Origin: a virus
Taxonomy: Duplodnaviria > Caudoviricetes
Strand: one strand, 5' to 3'
Virus record (IMG/VR): IMGVR_UViG_3300032331_003728
Location: 1 to 53,309 of that record
Length of the DNA: 53,309 nt
Shown here: piece by piece, positions 28,904 to 38,281 of the stretch
Layout of the letters: each line of letters starts with the position of its first letter
Position numbering within the stretch: the stretch's first letter is position 1
Made by a program: the position numbers and the translations under genes
The notes under the pieces: model-generated
Databases searched by the model: none
Told to the model about the DNA's origin: nothing
What the model saw: only the letters and a program-made list of their open reading frames with translations

Positions 28904-29087
28904 GTCTCAGGATTTCAAAATGAGCACCAGAAAAGGTGAAGCGATAACAGATACTGAAGAGTGGGATAACGAGATTATTGAGTGGGACCCAAGCACTGGT
29001 GTTTACTATGTTGCTGGGAAGCCGGTGTCAATGTGTCAAGGTGTAGCAATGTTCGATGTTAAAGAGGAAAAAGATGAGCAAGTATGA
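28896..29087 (+). CDS. Hypothetical acidic protein
   Basis: Overlap-coupled; GGAGG upstream. Confidence 0.55.
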   Translation: MDESQDFKMSTRKGEAITDTEEWDNEIIEWDPSTGVYYVAGKPVSMCQGVAMFDVKEEKDEQV

Positions 29088-29355
29088 CCCAATTGCTGAT
29101 TTAGAGTATCGCTCTGAACAGCTTGCAGCGTACCTATTCATACTCGGATTTGACGAATCACGATTTGATGAGGTCACAATAGACGACTGCATCAACGCAA
29201 TTCGAGACAGATACCGCTATGACCATGACACCGAAATTAATTCAGCTGTTAAAGACTACATAAAAAGACAAAACATCACACTGACAAGGAATGTCCGCCG
29301 TGCTTGGTTTGATGTCCAGGTGGCATTGCATGAGGTTCAAAATGGAACAAAATAA
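29074..29355 (+). CDS. Hypothetical protein
   Basis: GAGG RBS before the ATG at 29074; overlap-coupled. Confidence 0.55.
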   Translation: MSKYDPIADLEYRSEQLAAYLFILGFDESRFDEVTIDDCINAIRDRYRYDHDTEINSAVKDYIKRQNITLTRNVRRAWFDVQVALHEVQNGTK

Positions 29356-30076
29356 GAGGTACGAACCGGAAGTATCTTTTGACTTCAGCTCGCTTCAGTT
29401 TGACTGGGAGCAATACGCAGACCAGTGCAACCGCGAAGATGGTGGACATTCTGTCGCTATAGCTGAATATCTTTTTAACGAGGTGGGCATTGATAGAAGG
29501 AATATTGCCACTGGCGGAGCAAGCGACTACGAGTTTGTGGTTCACTACCCAAGACCGAACCTATCAAGTGCGTATGGTCAAGCTCAGTGGATGTCAATCC
29601 TTTTGATTCTCGGCATCATGGACATCTCTAAAAAGAAGAATGTATTGGCAGTTTCTGGCGGTCTAGATAGATTCAGATTGAAGGTGTTCAAGTCGCTCCA
29701 CGGCGCAAACATCACATTTCTGAATAACAAAAAACTTAGTTTGTACGAGAAATTCCAGGACCCTATTGACCACTATGACGTTGTCACTATGCAGGATTTT
29801 GAGAAACATGTAAACAGCAAATACGACATGATGCTTGCTTGGTCCCAGGACATGGAGAACCCACTAATTCCCATTAGCGCCTTTGTCGACAGGCTTGAAG
29901 ATAATGGTGTTTTAATAATCCAGAACACCTCTGACAGCATGTTTCTCTACAACAACCATACAAAAGCGACTCCAATCTGGGGCTACCACGAAGCGCTAAA
30001 AAAGATGGGTGGTTGCAGCGTCTACCACATACCTGTATTTTATGGAATAACTCTTGTTGTTAAGAGTCCACAATGA
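29342..30076 (+). CDS. Hypothetical protein, possible degenerate SAM-methyltransferase fold
   Basis: NVLAVSGG, KYDMMLAW and RLEDNGVLII resemble MTase motifs I/IV/VI; start refined to 29342 (GAGG RBS). Confidence 0.5.
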   Translation: MEQNKRYEPEVSFDFSSLQFDWEQYADQCNREDGGHSVAIAEYLFNEVGIDRRNIATGGASDYEFVVHYPRPNLSSAYGQAQWMSILLILGIMDISKKKNVLAVSGGLDRFRLKVFKSLHGANITFLNNKKLSLYEKFQDPIDHYDVVTMQDFEKHVNSKYDMMLAWSQDMENPLIPISAFVDRLEDNGVLIIQNTSDSMFLYNNHTKATPIWGYHEALKKMGGCSVYHIPVFYGITLVVKSPQ

Positions 30077-30747
30077 TTGTAAAAGATAACGCCATTGGCG
30101 ATTCTTTGTACAAAGAGGTACTGGCTGATGAACTGTTCTTTCCAGAGTCAATGGGTTCTGACGAAAGATTAGCTACAGAATTAAATTCATACCACTATGA
30201 GAAGTCAAGCTGTTTTGCCCCATATATGTTTTGGGATGGATGGTGGGCCTCTCCGGCCAATACGTTAAGAAAGAAGGTCGTCCAGTCAATTTGGGAAGAA
30301 AACCTGCCCTGCGATACAAGCGAAATACTTGGAATTGAGTACTGGACGAGAACTTATCTCCCTGGTCAGTATCTTGATGTCCATGTCGATGAAGATACCT
30401 TTCTTTACCAGGAATCAAAGACATTCAGTGGTCCATTGACTGGCTCAATATTCTATGGTGTCGACAACCAGGATGGTGGTTTTGTTGAAATATACAACAA
30501 AGCAATTTTAAAAGATGGAGAAAAACTAGCCATTGAAGCTGAAAATATTAACGCTCTATTAGTCCCAGTTGAAGAGCGCGAAAGAATTGCCTACAAAGGG
30601 AATCGTGCAATCATCTTTGATACCGGGCATGTTATTCACGGAACCACTCCTGCAAAAAGCGGAATCAGACAGGTCATGGTCACAAATTTGTGGCATCGCA
30701 ATAACCCTCCAACAGCTCTAAAGTTGGGAGAATTTTTTTATGAGTGA
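30073..30747 (+). CDS. 2OG-Fe(II) oxygenase-like protein
   Basis: EYWTR...HVDED...GG.VEI...NRAIIFD...HGT...RQV...NLW. Confidence 0.8.
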   Translation: MIVKDNAIGDSLYKEVLADELFFPESMGSDERLATELNSYHYEKSSCFAPYMFWDGWWASPANTLRKKVVQSIWEENLPCDTSEILGIEYWTRTYLPGQYLDVHVDEDTFLYQESKTFSGPLTGSIFYGVDNQDGGFVEIYNKAILKDGEKLAIEAENINALLVPVEERERIAYKGNRAIIFDTGHVIHGTTPAKSGIRQVMVTNLWHRNNPPTALKLGEFFYE

Positions 30748-31642
30748 TGTTAAAAAGGTAAACATTTTATCAATTGATGTATTTAAAACAAAAATTCATG
30801 GCATCAACAATCAGCGACTACTAAAGGAGATTTTTGAGTCAACCAATGATATCGATGATTCATTTACTAAAAATAAATATCACACGTATTACGAAGACAA
30901 AAGATATCCGTTTGGTTCAGCTGAGTCGGAAAAACTAATCAACAAGTTGACAGAAGAAGTTTCTGGTGTTCTAAACAAAGAAATGGTGCTTAGTAGTATT
31001 TGGACACTTACGCTTGGTTACGGGCAGTCCGTGTCTGCTCACTCTCATAAGTCAAACATCCAACTTCGCACAGAAGAGTACTTTTCAATTGCTTATTACC
31101 CAAGTGCTCCCAAAGGGAGCGCAGACTTGATATTTACGGTTAATGCGGGAAACACTATTGAAAAGTCTGTTGAACTAACACCGGAAACTGGTGACTTAAT
31201 TATTTTTAATTCCTATTTAATGCATATGACAAATAGACATAACAACAAAGAAGAGCTTCGAGTTGTTGTAAGCGCAAATTTTTCTCCTAAATATCCCGAC
31301 TTAACTCCAACTCAAGATTGGAGCGCGTACGCAAGAAACCCAGAAGATAGTGAAATTATTTACGACAAACGTTATTCATTGACAATACAAACTCCTTTTG
31401 GTAAAGAAGATGCAACACTCGGTATAAAAGGTAATATTGCAGAAATATTCAATCCAACTGGAAAATATTTCATAGAGGAATTTACTGAAACAGAAAATTC
31501 ATTTAATGCTGAGTTTCTTGTTGATGTACCTATGGTTGCAAAAGTCGGTATTTATTTGTCTTTTGATAAGGACAGGGCCATTGAAGGTTATGTTGTCATT
31601 GGTGAATTTGCCAAATGCCCTGTGAGCGGGGTGGTGCTATGA
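30740..31642 (+). CDS. 2OG-Fe(II) oxygenase-like protein (HxH type) with a C-terminal beta domain
   Basis: W...HSH...FSIAYY...P.TGDLIIFNSYLMH...RVVVSAN, plus ~100 extra C-terminal residues. Confidence 0.75.
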   Translation: MSDVKKVNILSIDVFKTKIHGINNQRLLKEIFESTNDIDDSFTKNKYHTYYEDKRYPFGSAESEKLINKLTEEVSGVLNKEMVLSSIWTLTLGYGQSVSAHSHKSNIQLRTEEYFSIAYYPSAPKGSADLIFTVNAGNTIEKSVELTPETGDLIIFNSYLMHMTNRHNNKEELRVVVSANFSPKYPDLTPTQDWSAYARNPEDSEIIYDKRYSLTIQTPFGKEDATLGIKGNIAEIFNPTGKYFIEEFTETENSFNAEFLVDVPMVAKVGIYLSFDKDRAIEGYVVIGEFAKCPVSGVVL

Positions 31643-32250
31643 GTGAATCTATTTATAACATTCCAATAAATTCAATTGATGGAGATAAAGATATCCTCTC
31701 AGGTCTTAGTGGAACGGTCACATTGTTCTTCCCTTTTGCATCAAAGGCTGGGTACGAGCCAAAATGCAGCCGTGTTTGGTCTTACGCTAGGACATCTAGA
31801 AATCTATGGGAAATGCAGAAGTTGCACGAAATGTTTGAAAACTTTTCTGTCATTGGTGTGCCAACAAATCAGTTTTGGAACATGGAGCCTCTTGAAAATG
31901 AACAGATATCAAAATTCATGAAAGAAACATACCCATTTGTCAAGTTCCCAATTACTGAAAAAGTCGTAATAAACGGAGATGACGAGCATGCAATCTGTTC
32001 GCACATGAAGGGCTACACTAAACGACTTGTTGATGACACAAAAGCCGGAAACAGTTTTGCTGCTTCACAAGGCCAAAATCTTGCTGGTGGAGCTGTTCAC
32101 AAAATACCCGCATATTACGAAAAATTTGTAGTCAGCAAAGAAGGACGGCAGGTGTATAGGTTTGGGTTTGCCACCAAACCGTTGGCGGACAGGGTTGAAA
32201 CCACGGACATGGATATGACAGTTGTTCAGGCAGTACAATCATTACTATGA
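31639..32250 (+). CDS. Glutathione peroxidase-fold protein with degenerate active site
   Basis: SIYNI...ASKAG (canonical ASxCG), GVPTNQF..MEP, FPITEKV..NG...H.I, YEKF.V.KEG; start at the ATG at 31639. Confidence 0.8.
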   Translation: MSESIYNIPINSIDGDKDILSGLSGTVTLFFPFASKAGYEPKCSRVWSYARTSRNLWEMQKLHEMFENFSVIGVPTNQFWNMEPLENEQISKFMKETYPFVKFPITEKVVINGDDEHAICSHMKGYTKRLVDDTKAGNSFAASQGQNLAGGAVHKIPAYYEKFVVSKEGRQVYRFGFATKPLADRVETTDMDMTVVQAVQSLL

Positions 32251-33107
32251 GCAACTTCAACTTCAAGCCGGAGCACCTAGGTGGTGGAACGGTGATTTTT
32301 AGGAATGCAATCAATGTGCCACAAAAGGAGACATTCGATTATCTGGACGAGATGAGAGAAGAAGCATTTAATAACTCCTACACAATCGTCAATGATGAAA
32401 ACGGCAATCCACTGCATGCGGTAAATAGGGGTGGGTTTATCTACGACCTTGAGGACATGGACAGGGCTCCAATCCGAATAGGGAATTTAGACATTCCATT
32501 TTTTCAAGAATGCGAAAAAGCAATATACGAAGCACTTCTGCATTATGTAGAAATGTTCCCAGCTGTTCTACAGTGCCTTTGGTGGAAGAGCCCTGGTCAT
32601 GTTTTACGGTACGCAAAGGGCGGAGGGCTTGGATTTCACGCTGACAACGATGTGAACTACCGCTACGGGAGAGAGCCAAAAGAGCAGCATGCAACTCGTA
32701 ATGTCCTATCTGCCCTTGTCTACTTCAACGACTGCACCGATGACGAATCGGTTGAGTATTCCTTCTCTGGTGGGCATATGACAATCCCATATTTTGACAT
32801 AGATATTGCGCCATCAACTGGTGCAATTATCCTGATGCCCGCAAACTACATAGGCGCTCATCAAATCCATGAAGTGACTAGGGGTGTTAGGTATTCATAC
32901 TTAACCTGGTTTGCTCAGGGCTCCGAAGACCCAGAGCGTGGGTGCTCTCCAGCTCATCCAGAAGAAACAATGTTTCAAAACAATGGACAATGGTGGCTTC
33001 CATCAATTCTTAAGGATTACGAAAACTATATAATCAAAAAGTATGGCTCTTTATCAAATGCTCCACAAGAAAAAGTAGATTACCTAAGCAGAGCAAACGA
33101 CCACTAA
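32247..33107 (+). CDS. 2OG-Fe(II) oxygenase
   Basis: HAD...YFND...GG...HQI.EV..GVRYS. Confidence 0.88.
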   Translation: MSNFNFKPEHLGGGTVIFRNAINVPQKETFDYLDEMREEAFNNSYTIVNDENGNPLHAVNRGGFIYDLEDMDRAPIRIGNLDIPFFQECEKAIYEALLHYVEMFPAVLQCLWWKSPGHVLRYAKGGGLGFHADNDVNYRYGREPKEQHATRNVLSALVYFNDCTDDESVEYSFSGGHMTIPYFDIDIAPSTGAIILMPANYIGAHQIHEVTRGVRYSYLTWFAQGSEDPERGCSPAHPEETMFQNNGQWWLPSILKDYENYIIKKYGSLSNAPQEKVDYLSRANDH

Positions 33108-33427
33108 ATCTTTTTTGTAAACATCTTTTCGGTTACAAATAGATGTTTTGCGAGAGTACTTGACGAATGAATTATCCCAAGTGGATTTGGGACATTAAAC
33201 TCGTTAAGAAGGTCTGCCATCTTTCCGTTCGCAATGTCTTCCCAAAATGCAATCATTGCTTCTGCCCCAGTACGACCAACTGTGTAGTACCTGTTCTCAA
33301 TCTGGCCTGGGAGTATGTTGTCTGCCCAATTGTTGTAGCCGTCTTTTTCGACCATATTGGGTAATTTTGCAAACTCCTGAACCATAATCTCGGTCCATCG
33401 GTTGAATGCCTCGTTCTTTTCGCTCAT
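33104..33427 (-). CDS. Hypothetical protein
   Basis: Start refined to MSEK at 33427, with TATGAT 6 nt upstream. Confidence 0.65.
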   Translation of the reverse strand: MSEKNEAFNRWTEIMVQEFAKLPNMVEKDGYNNWADNILPGQIENRYYTVGRTGAEAMIAFWEDIANGKMADLLNEFNVPNPLGIIHSSSTLAKHLFVTEKMFTKKI

Positions 33428-33445
33428 TGGGCTATCATACACTGT
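33428..33445. promoter_or_regulatory. Overlapping divergent -10 elements (TATCAT on +, TATGAT on -)
   Basis: TATCATA at 33433-33439 lies 7 nt before the + ATG at 33446 and 6 nt before the - ATG at 33427. Confidence 0.55.
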
Positions 33446-34318
33446 ATGAATCGAGAATCTAAGTTCAACGACGTAGAGCCAAAACATCTTGGTGGTGGAG
33501 TGGTTGTTTTCAGCGGAGCTGTTTCCTTTGACAACGAATGGGCAATCTCGTTCTCTGAAAAACAGGTTTCAAAAGAACGCGCCCAGATGTACGAAGAAGC
33601 CGTCGACCCAGAGACGGGTGGACCTGCGTTTATAAACAAGAGTGGATATTACTTTGATGCAGATGGCATGAATCAGATGCCTCGCCGTGGCTCCCAGATA
33701 CACATGGATGCTGATAAGGATGTAAGAGAATTCTTGGAGTTTATCGAAAAATCAAAAGACTCATATCTCCTTAAGTATTTCTATCTTTTCCCTTTGGCTT
33801 ACAAGAACGTTTGGTGGAAGGTGAAGGGTCATTTAGTTTCGTATTCTGTTAAAAATGGTGGAAAATTCCTAGGGCCACACTCAGACACGAGTGCTGACTA
33901 CGCCTATGGGTTCCCTCACCCGCACGACCAATTGGCTACAAGAAACACAATCTCATGCATTGTCTATCTTAATGATGACTTTGAGGGCGGGCACCATTAC
34001 TTCAATTATCTTGATATTGACTACAAGCCTTCTGCTGGTGACATCTTGATGTTTCCGTCAAATTACATGGCGGCTCACGAAGTAAAGGAAACAACCGGCG
34101 GGAGCAGGTACACATATCTGGGTTGGTATTCTCACGGCACGCCAAACGAAGCTGTAAACGAGCATATAGTTGACCCTGTTGAGAACCCGGAACTCGCGAG
34201 GACGGCAACAAACGTTTATATGCCAACGCTTCGTTCGGACTTTGCTGAATATCTGAACAAAGTGGACCCAGGAAGAACTTCATTTGGTCATAGCCTTGTT
34301 GAAAGTATGCACTCATGA
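33446..34318 (+). CDS. 2OG-Fe(II) oxygenase
   Basis: HSD...YLNDDFEGG...HEVKE..GGSRYT. Confidence 0.9.
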   Translation: MNRESKFNDVEPKHLGGGVVVFSGAVSFDNEWAISFSEKQVSKERAQMYEEAVDPETGGPAFINKSGYYFDADGMNQMPRRGSQIHMDADKDVREFLEFIEKSKDSYLLKYFYLFPLAYKNVWWKVKGHLVSYSVKNGGKFLGPHSDTSADYAYGFPHPHDQLATRNTISCIVYLNDDFEGGHHYFNYLDIDYKPSAGDILMFPSNYMAAHEVKETTGGSRYTYLGWYSHGTPNEAVNEHIVDPVENPELARTATNVYMPTLRSDFAEYLNKVDPGRTSFGHSLVESMHS

Positions 34319-35049
34319 TTGTCAAGCATCTCGGCAATGGAATTATGTTGTTTGATGACGTAGTTGACACATCTGATTTTGAAGCATACCTAGAAAGAAT
34401 TTATGCTGAAAATCTAGATGCAACGCACGGCGTCAATGTTGAGTCATTAACCAATGATGGTGGTTACGCGGTTGAGCGCGGATATGTATCAGAAATGCCA
34501 ACTAGGTTTAATGAACTTTCCCACGGCTCTGAATTTACAAAAAAAATAACCGGTTTGATTAATGATGGCATTTATAGGTGCCTAGTTGAATACTGTCGTT
34601 CTTTCCCGATAGCAATTGGATGTATCAAGTGGAGAACAGCTGGTCAGATTGCTTCATATTCAGTTGGTCAGACAATCGGACCACATAGCGATTGTGCTTT
34701 ACCATACGATAAGGAAGGGAATGTTGTGAACACCTTCCCGCTCCACAACACTCTTACTGGTTCAATGGCCCTCAATGAGGAATACGAGGGCGGAAATATA
34801 AGATTCAGGCCTTGGGGCATAACAGTACGCCCAAAAATTGGTTCAGTATTAATTTACCCTTCGTCATTTATGGGTTGCCATGAAGTTGAACCGGTTATGT
34901 CGGGGGTAAGAAATTCTTATCTGCAGTGGTTTTGTCAAGGGGATGCAAAGATGGAGATTTGGGAAGAAAACAAGCTAAATAGTCTTGCAGTAGATGTTCA
35001 GCACTCCGGGCAGGGTTATGTCCACGTTGGTATCGTAGAAAACACCTAG
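34315..35049 (+). CDS. 2OG-Fe(II) oxygenase
   Basis: HSD...LNEEYEGG...HEVEPV.SGVRNS. Confidence 0.88.
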   Translation: MIVKHLGNGIMLFDDVVDTSDFEAYLERIYAENLDATHGVNVESLTNDGGYAVERGYVSEMPTRFNELSHGSEFTKKITGLINDGIYRCLVEYCRSFPIAIGCIKWRTAGQIASYSVGQTIGPHSDCALPYDKEGNVVNTFPLHNTLTGSMALNEEYEGGNIRFRPWGITVRPKIGSVLIYPSSFMGCHEVEPVMSGVRNSYLQWFCQGDAKMEIWEENKLNSLAVDVQHSGQGYVHVGIVENT

Positions 35050-36116
35050 TACAAGCTGCTGTGCTCCTTGCCGCGTTGCTCGTTATCGTATACAACCCGG
35101 GAATGTGAGTAAGCCTTCTTTAGGCCGTTTTCGCCCTCAAGCGTTCTGTTTTGATAAACCGGATTTGCTTTGAACATTCCGTTTGCGTCTTTTGCTGAAT
35201 CACCATTCCCCATGAATTCAGTTTTTAGGCAGTAGTACCTGTAGTCATCGTATAGATTGTCGATGAAGTGTGGCCTGCACCAGCCATCGTTGTCTTCAGG
35301 TTCAGAAATGTTTATTCCCACCTCGTCATGGCTGCTTCCCTGACTAAAGAATTCGAGGTACCCGTATCGGACACCTTTCTTAACAGGCTCAACACCGTGA
35401 GTGGCCATAAAGTTTGCTGGGAAAATGACCACATCACCAGTCTTTGGAACATTCTTTATTCCTAGGTATGGGAATATAAGCTCTCCTCCGGTGTAGTTTT
35501 CTCCATCCAGCTCTGATTCGTCCTCTACGCAGTCATTGAGATAAAGCATTACTGCTAGAACTTGACGCATTTGTATTTGTCCGCGTGGTACAAAACGTTC
35601 TCCACCTGTTGCTCTGTAGTTTGAATCGTTGTCATTATGTATACCCAGGAATGCACCTTCGTCGTAGCGCATGACGTGACCCTTGGTTCTCCACCAAATT
35701 GTTCCTAGCACCATTGGGAATATGTCGATGTATCTAAGGAGGCACTTATAGATGGAATCTTCCCAGTATCTAAAGACTTCTATCATTTCTGGATCAGTTC
35801 CTGAGTTGACAACTTCTAGCAGCCTGACCGGAACCATCTTCACCTGCTCGGGGGAAAACTTGTTTCCATCTTCGTTTATTGCATAGTCATTGCCCTCTTC
35901 ATCTTTGGCCCATGTCCAACGTTGTTCATGCGCAGATTTTGAGTTCTTGTCTATGTATGGGAGAAGCATGCCTTTATCAACGTCTATTGCTGATGGGAAG
36001 CGAATTACCCCTCCGCCTAAATCCTCAAACTTCATATTAAAGATTTCGGATATTGTTTCGTCATTCCTGACGTCTGGGGTGGTCCCATAGAACCTGCTGT
36101 CAGTGTTCTTATCCAT
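35046..36116 (-). CDS. 2OG-Fe(II) oxygenase
   Basis: HND...YLND...YTGGEL.F...HGVEPV..GVRYG. Confidence 0.9.
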   Translation of the reverse strand: MDKNTDSRFYGTTPDVRNDETISEIFNMKFEDLGGGVIRFPSAIDVDKGMLLPYIDKNSKSAHEQRWTWAKDEEGNDYAINEDGNKFSPEQVKMVPVRLLEVVNSGTDPEMIEVFRYWEDSIYKCLLRYIDIFPMVLGTIWWRTKGHVMRYDEGAFLGIHNDNDSNYRATGGERFVPRGQIQMRQVLAVMLYLNDCVEDESELDGENYTGGELIFPYLGIKNVPKTGDVVIFPANFMATHGVEPVKKGVRYGYLEFFSQGSSHDEVGINISEPEDNDGWCRPHFIDNLYDDYRYYCLKTEFMGNGDSAKDANGMFKANPVYQNRTLEGENGLKKAYSHSRVVYDNEQRGKEHSSLY

Positions 36117-36118
36117 GA

Positions 36119-36703
36119 CTACTCTCTCCAGAATTGAATCAAACTATATCTAGCACCAGCTGTAACTTCCGTGACTCCATGGTAGTTCAGGTCGGCGTTA
36201 AATATCAATGCCTGTCCTGCCATGAGCTTAACATCAATATCAATGTTTGGTTCATCCATTGTTCCGGTTAGGTAGAACTGTGTATGCCCACCCTCATATT
36301 CACCATTTAGGCACAGAATAGAAGAGTGAAGAATATTCCCTATACCGTAATCTCCATTGATTGCACCCCCGTCAGTATGTGCTTCATGAGATTGACCTTG
36401 TACTTGACTTTTAATCGTACAACTCTCATTTGGAAATACGGGAATTTTAAGTCCTATTCCTGTGTTTATAAAGTATTGATAAGTTAATCGTTTGTAAATT
36501 GCTTGTAAAATTGTTGCAAGTCTAATTCCACCAACATTTGCCGAATCGCTTATGGAGTATGTTGTAAACTGATTTTTTACAGCATCCCCATTTGGTTTTT
36601 TTGTTTCGAGTAGCATAACTGTTTTCATTATTCTCGCTGCAAGACGCTTGCTAATTAGGTCAACAATATAAATTTCTTCGCCTAACTTTTCAAGGGTTTT
36701 CAT
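36119..36703 (-). CDS. 2OG-Fe(II) oxygenase
   Basis: HTD...LNGEYEGG...HGVTEVTAGARYS; start refined to MKTLEK at 36703, which removes the overlap with the divergent gene. Confidence 0.85.
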   Translation of the reverse strand: MKTLEKLGEEIYIVDLISKRLAARIMKTVMLLETKKPNGDAVKNQFTTYSISDSANVGGIRLATILQAIYKRLTYQYFINTGIGLKIPVFPNESCTIKSQVQGQSHEAHTDGGAINGDYGIGNILHSSILCLNGEYEGGHTQFYLTGTMDEPNIDIDVKLMAGQALIFNADLNYHGVTEVTAGARYSLIQFWRE

Positions 36704-36817
36704 AATTTTTGTGTGTCTTCCTGCGTGCTTGTAGATAATACAATAACCTGTTAGTTGTAGCTTGGGTCGTATTTGGTCAATTGATATTAAAATTAATAAG
36801 AAAAGAGACATGTAAAG

Positions 36818-37699
36818 ATGGATTTTGAATACGAAGAAATTTATGACTTTATATTTGTCTATAAAAATTTGCTTCCTAATCACGAAGAAATATATCGTTC
36901 TCTCAGGGAAAGCAAAGAAAGAAACTCTGATAAAAACTTTTATAGACAATGGACGCCCTGGTATACATTCGGCTTAATGGCATTAGTTCAGGATGATAAT
37001 GGAGAACCAGAGATTTCAAACTTTGAAAGACAGTGTTACCGCGAAACAACACATGCCATCCATGCGGCAATGCGGCACTACCAGGGAGTGAACGGAATAT
37101 CAGACCCAAACACTGGTAACGAGCTACCACTTCTCACAATGCCTGGTCCATGTACGTACAAAGAACATTCATCTGACGGCAATAGTGATGACCCAAAAGC
37201 CATGAGCTACCACGTTGATTTCATTCCGGAAACAGTGAATTTCCCAGGAGAAAAGTTCATGATTACATCATGCACCTACCCAAATGATGACTACGAGGGC
37301 GGCGAAATAGAGTTTTGGGCTGACGGTAAGGCAATAATGTACAAGCCAAAAGCTGGCGAAATACTCGTTTTCCCTTCCGGTAACCCATTATTCCCCGGAG
37401 ACGGTCGACCATACTTTCACTCGGTATGCGCAACAGGCAGTGGTGAAAAATATCTATTTAGAGCATTTGGCAAATACGAGGACCCAGTCACACCAGAGTG
37501 GAAATCTGGTGTTGAAAAACACGGTGAAGAACAATGGAAAGAAATGGTTTGCGGAAATGATAAAAATGCAAAAGATGTTTATTCAAAAGCCGGACCTGCA
37601 TTGATGATGTTTGATAAAGGCGTTCCTTCTATTTCACAAGAGCTATTCAAGGCATATAACAGCAATATGGCCGGCGAATACAAAGTCAGGGGTGCGTGA
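36818..37699 (+). CDS. 2OG-Fe(II) oxygenase
   Basis: HVD...YPNDDYEGGEIEF...YFHSV...GEKYL. Confidence 0.9.
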   Translation: MDFEYEEIYDFIFVYKNLLPNHEEIYRSLRESKERNSDKNFYRQWTPWYTFGLMALVQDDNGEPEISNFERQCYRETTHAIHAAMRHYQGVNGISDPNTGNELPLLTMPGPCTYKEHSSDGNSDDPKAMSYHVDFIPETVNFPGEKFMITSCTYPNDDYEGGEIEFWADGKAIMYKPKAGEILVFPSGNPLFPGDGRPYFHSVCATGSGEKYLFRAFGKYEDPVTPEWKSGVEKHGEEQWKEMVCGNDKNAKDVYSKAGPALMMFDKGVPSISQELFKAYNSNMAGEYKVRGA

Positions 37700-38277
37700 T
37701 GAGCAAATATTCAGGAGTAAGCCATCAGGAAAGATTTGCTTTAGAAATGAACGGGTACAAAACAGATGGATTTTACGTTGAACTTGGTGCATTCCACTCA
37801 AAAGAAGGTAGCAACACATATCATCTTGAAAAAGATTTTGGTTGGTCTGGTGTTTCGTTTGAAATAGTTGAAGAAAGAAAACAAGAGTTCATCAAAAACC
37901 GAAAGAACCCATGTTTCGGCGATGCACTGCAGTTTGACTATTTGTCTTATTTCAATGATAATTTTTTTCCAAAGCAAATTGATTACTTGCAGGTTGATAT
38001 TGATGCTGGCTATGACCACCACATAAAACCGCTTACACCATTCACAACGCTTCATGGATTAATCACCCTGCCGTTGACTCAATACAGGTTCAATGTGATT
38101 GTTTTTGAGCATGATGTGAACATGTATTGGAGAATGAAATCAACCAGAGATGCCCAGAGGGAGATTCTTGACAGCCTTGGATATACATTGATTTGGCAAG
38201 AGGGTCACGAGGACTGGTGGATTGACTGCGGCGCAATTGACCACCAGCTTGCTCGAAAATACTTTCACGAAAACTGA
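37696..38277 (+). CDS. FkbM-like methyltransferase
   Basis: Q.RF...GFYVELGA...GSNTY.LE..FGW.GV.FE...IDYLQVDID...F..I.FEH. Confidence 0.8.
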   Translation: MMSKYSGVSHQERFALEMNGYKTDGFYVELGAFHSKEGSNTYHLEKDFGWSGVSFEIVEERKQEFIKNRKNPCFGDALQFDYLSYFNDNFFPKQIDYLQVDIDAGYDHHIKPLTPFTTLHGLITLPLTQYRFNVIVFEHDVNMYWRMKSTRDAQREILDSLGYTLIWQEGHEDWWIDCGAIDHQLARKYFHEN

Positions 38278-38281
38278 TTAG

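Noticed and set aside
23381-32250. Selenocysteine in the GPx-fold genes
   Set aside because: The active-site codons are TGT/TGC (or GCT). There is no in-frame TGA, and the only interruption is a TAG far from the catalytic site.
36704-36949. N-terminal 82 aa of the ORF-track call 36119..36949
   Set aside because: It overlaps the divergent gene at 36818 and an AT-rich intergenic region; the true start is probably 36703.
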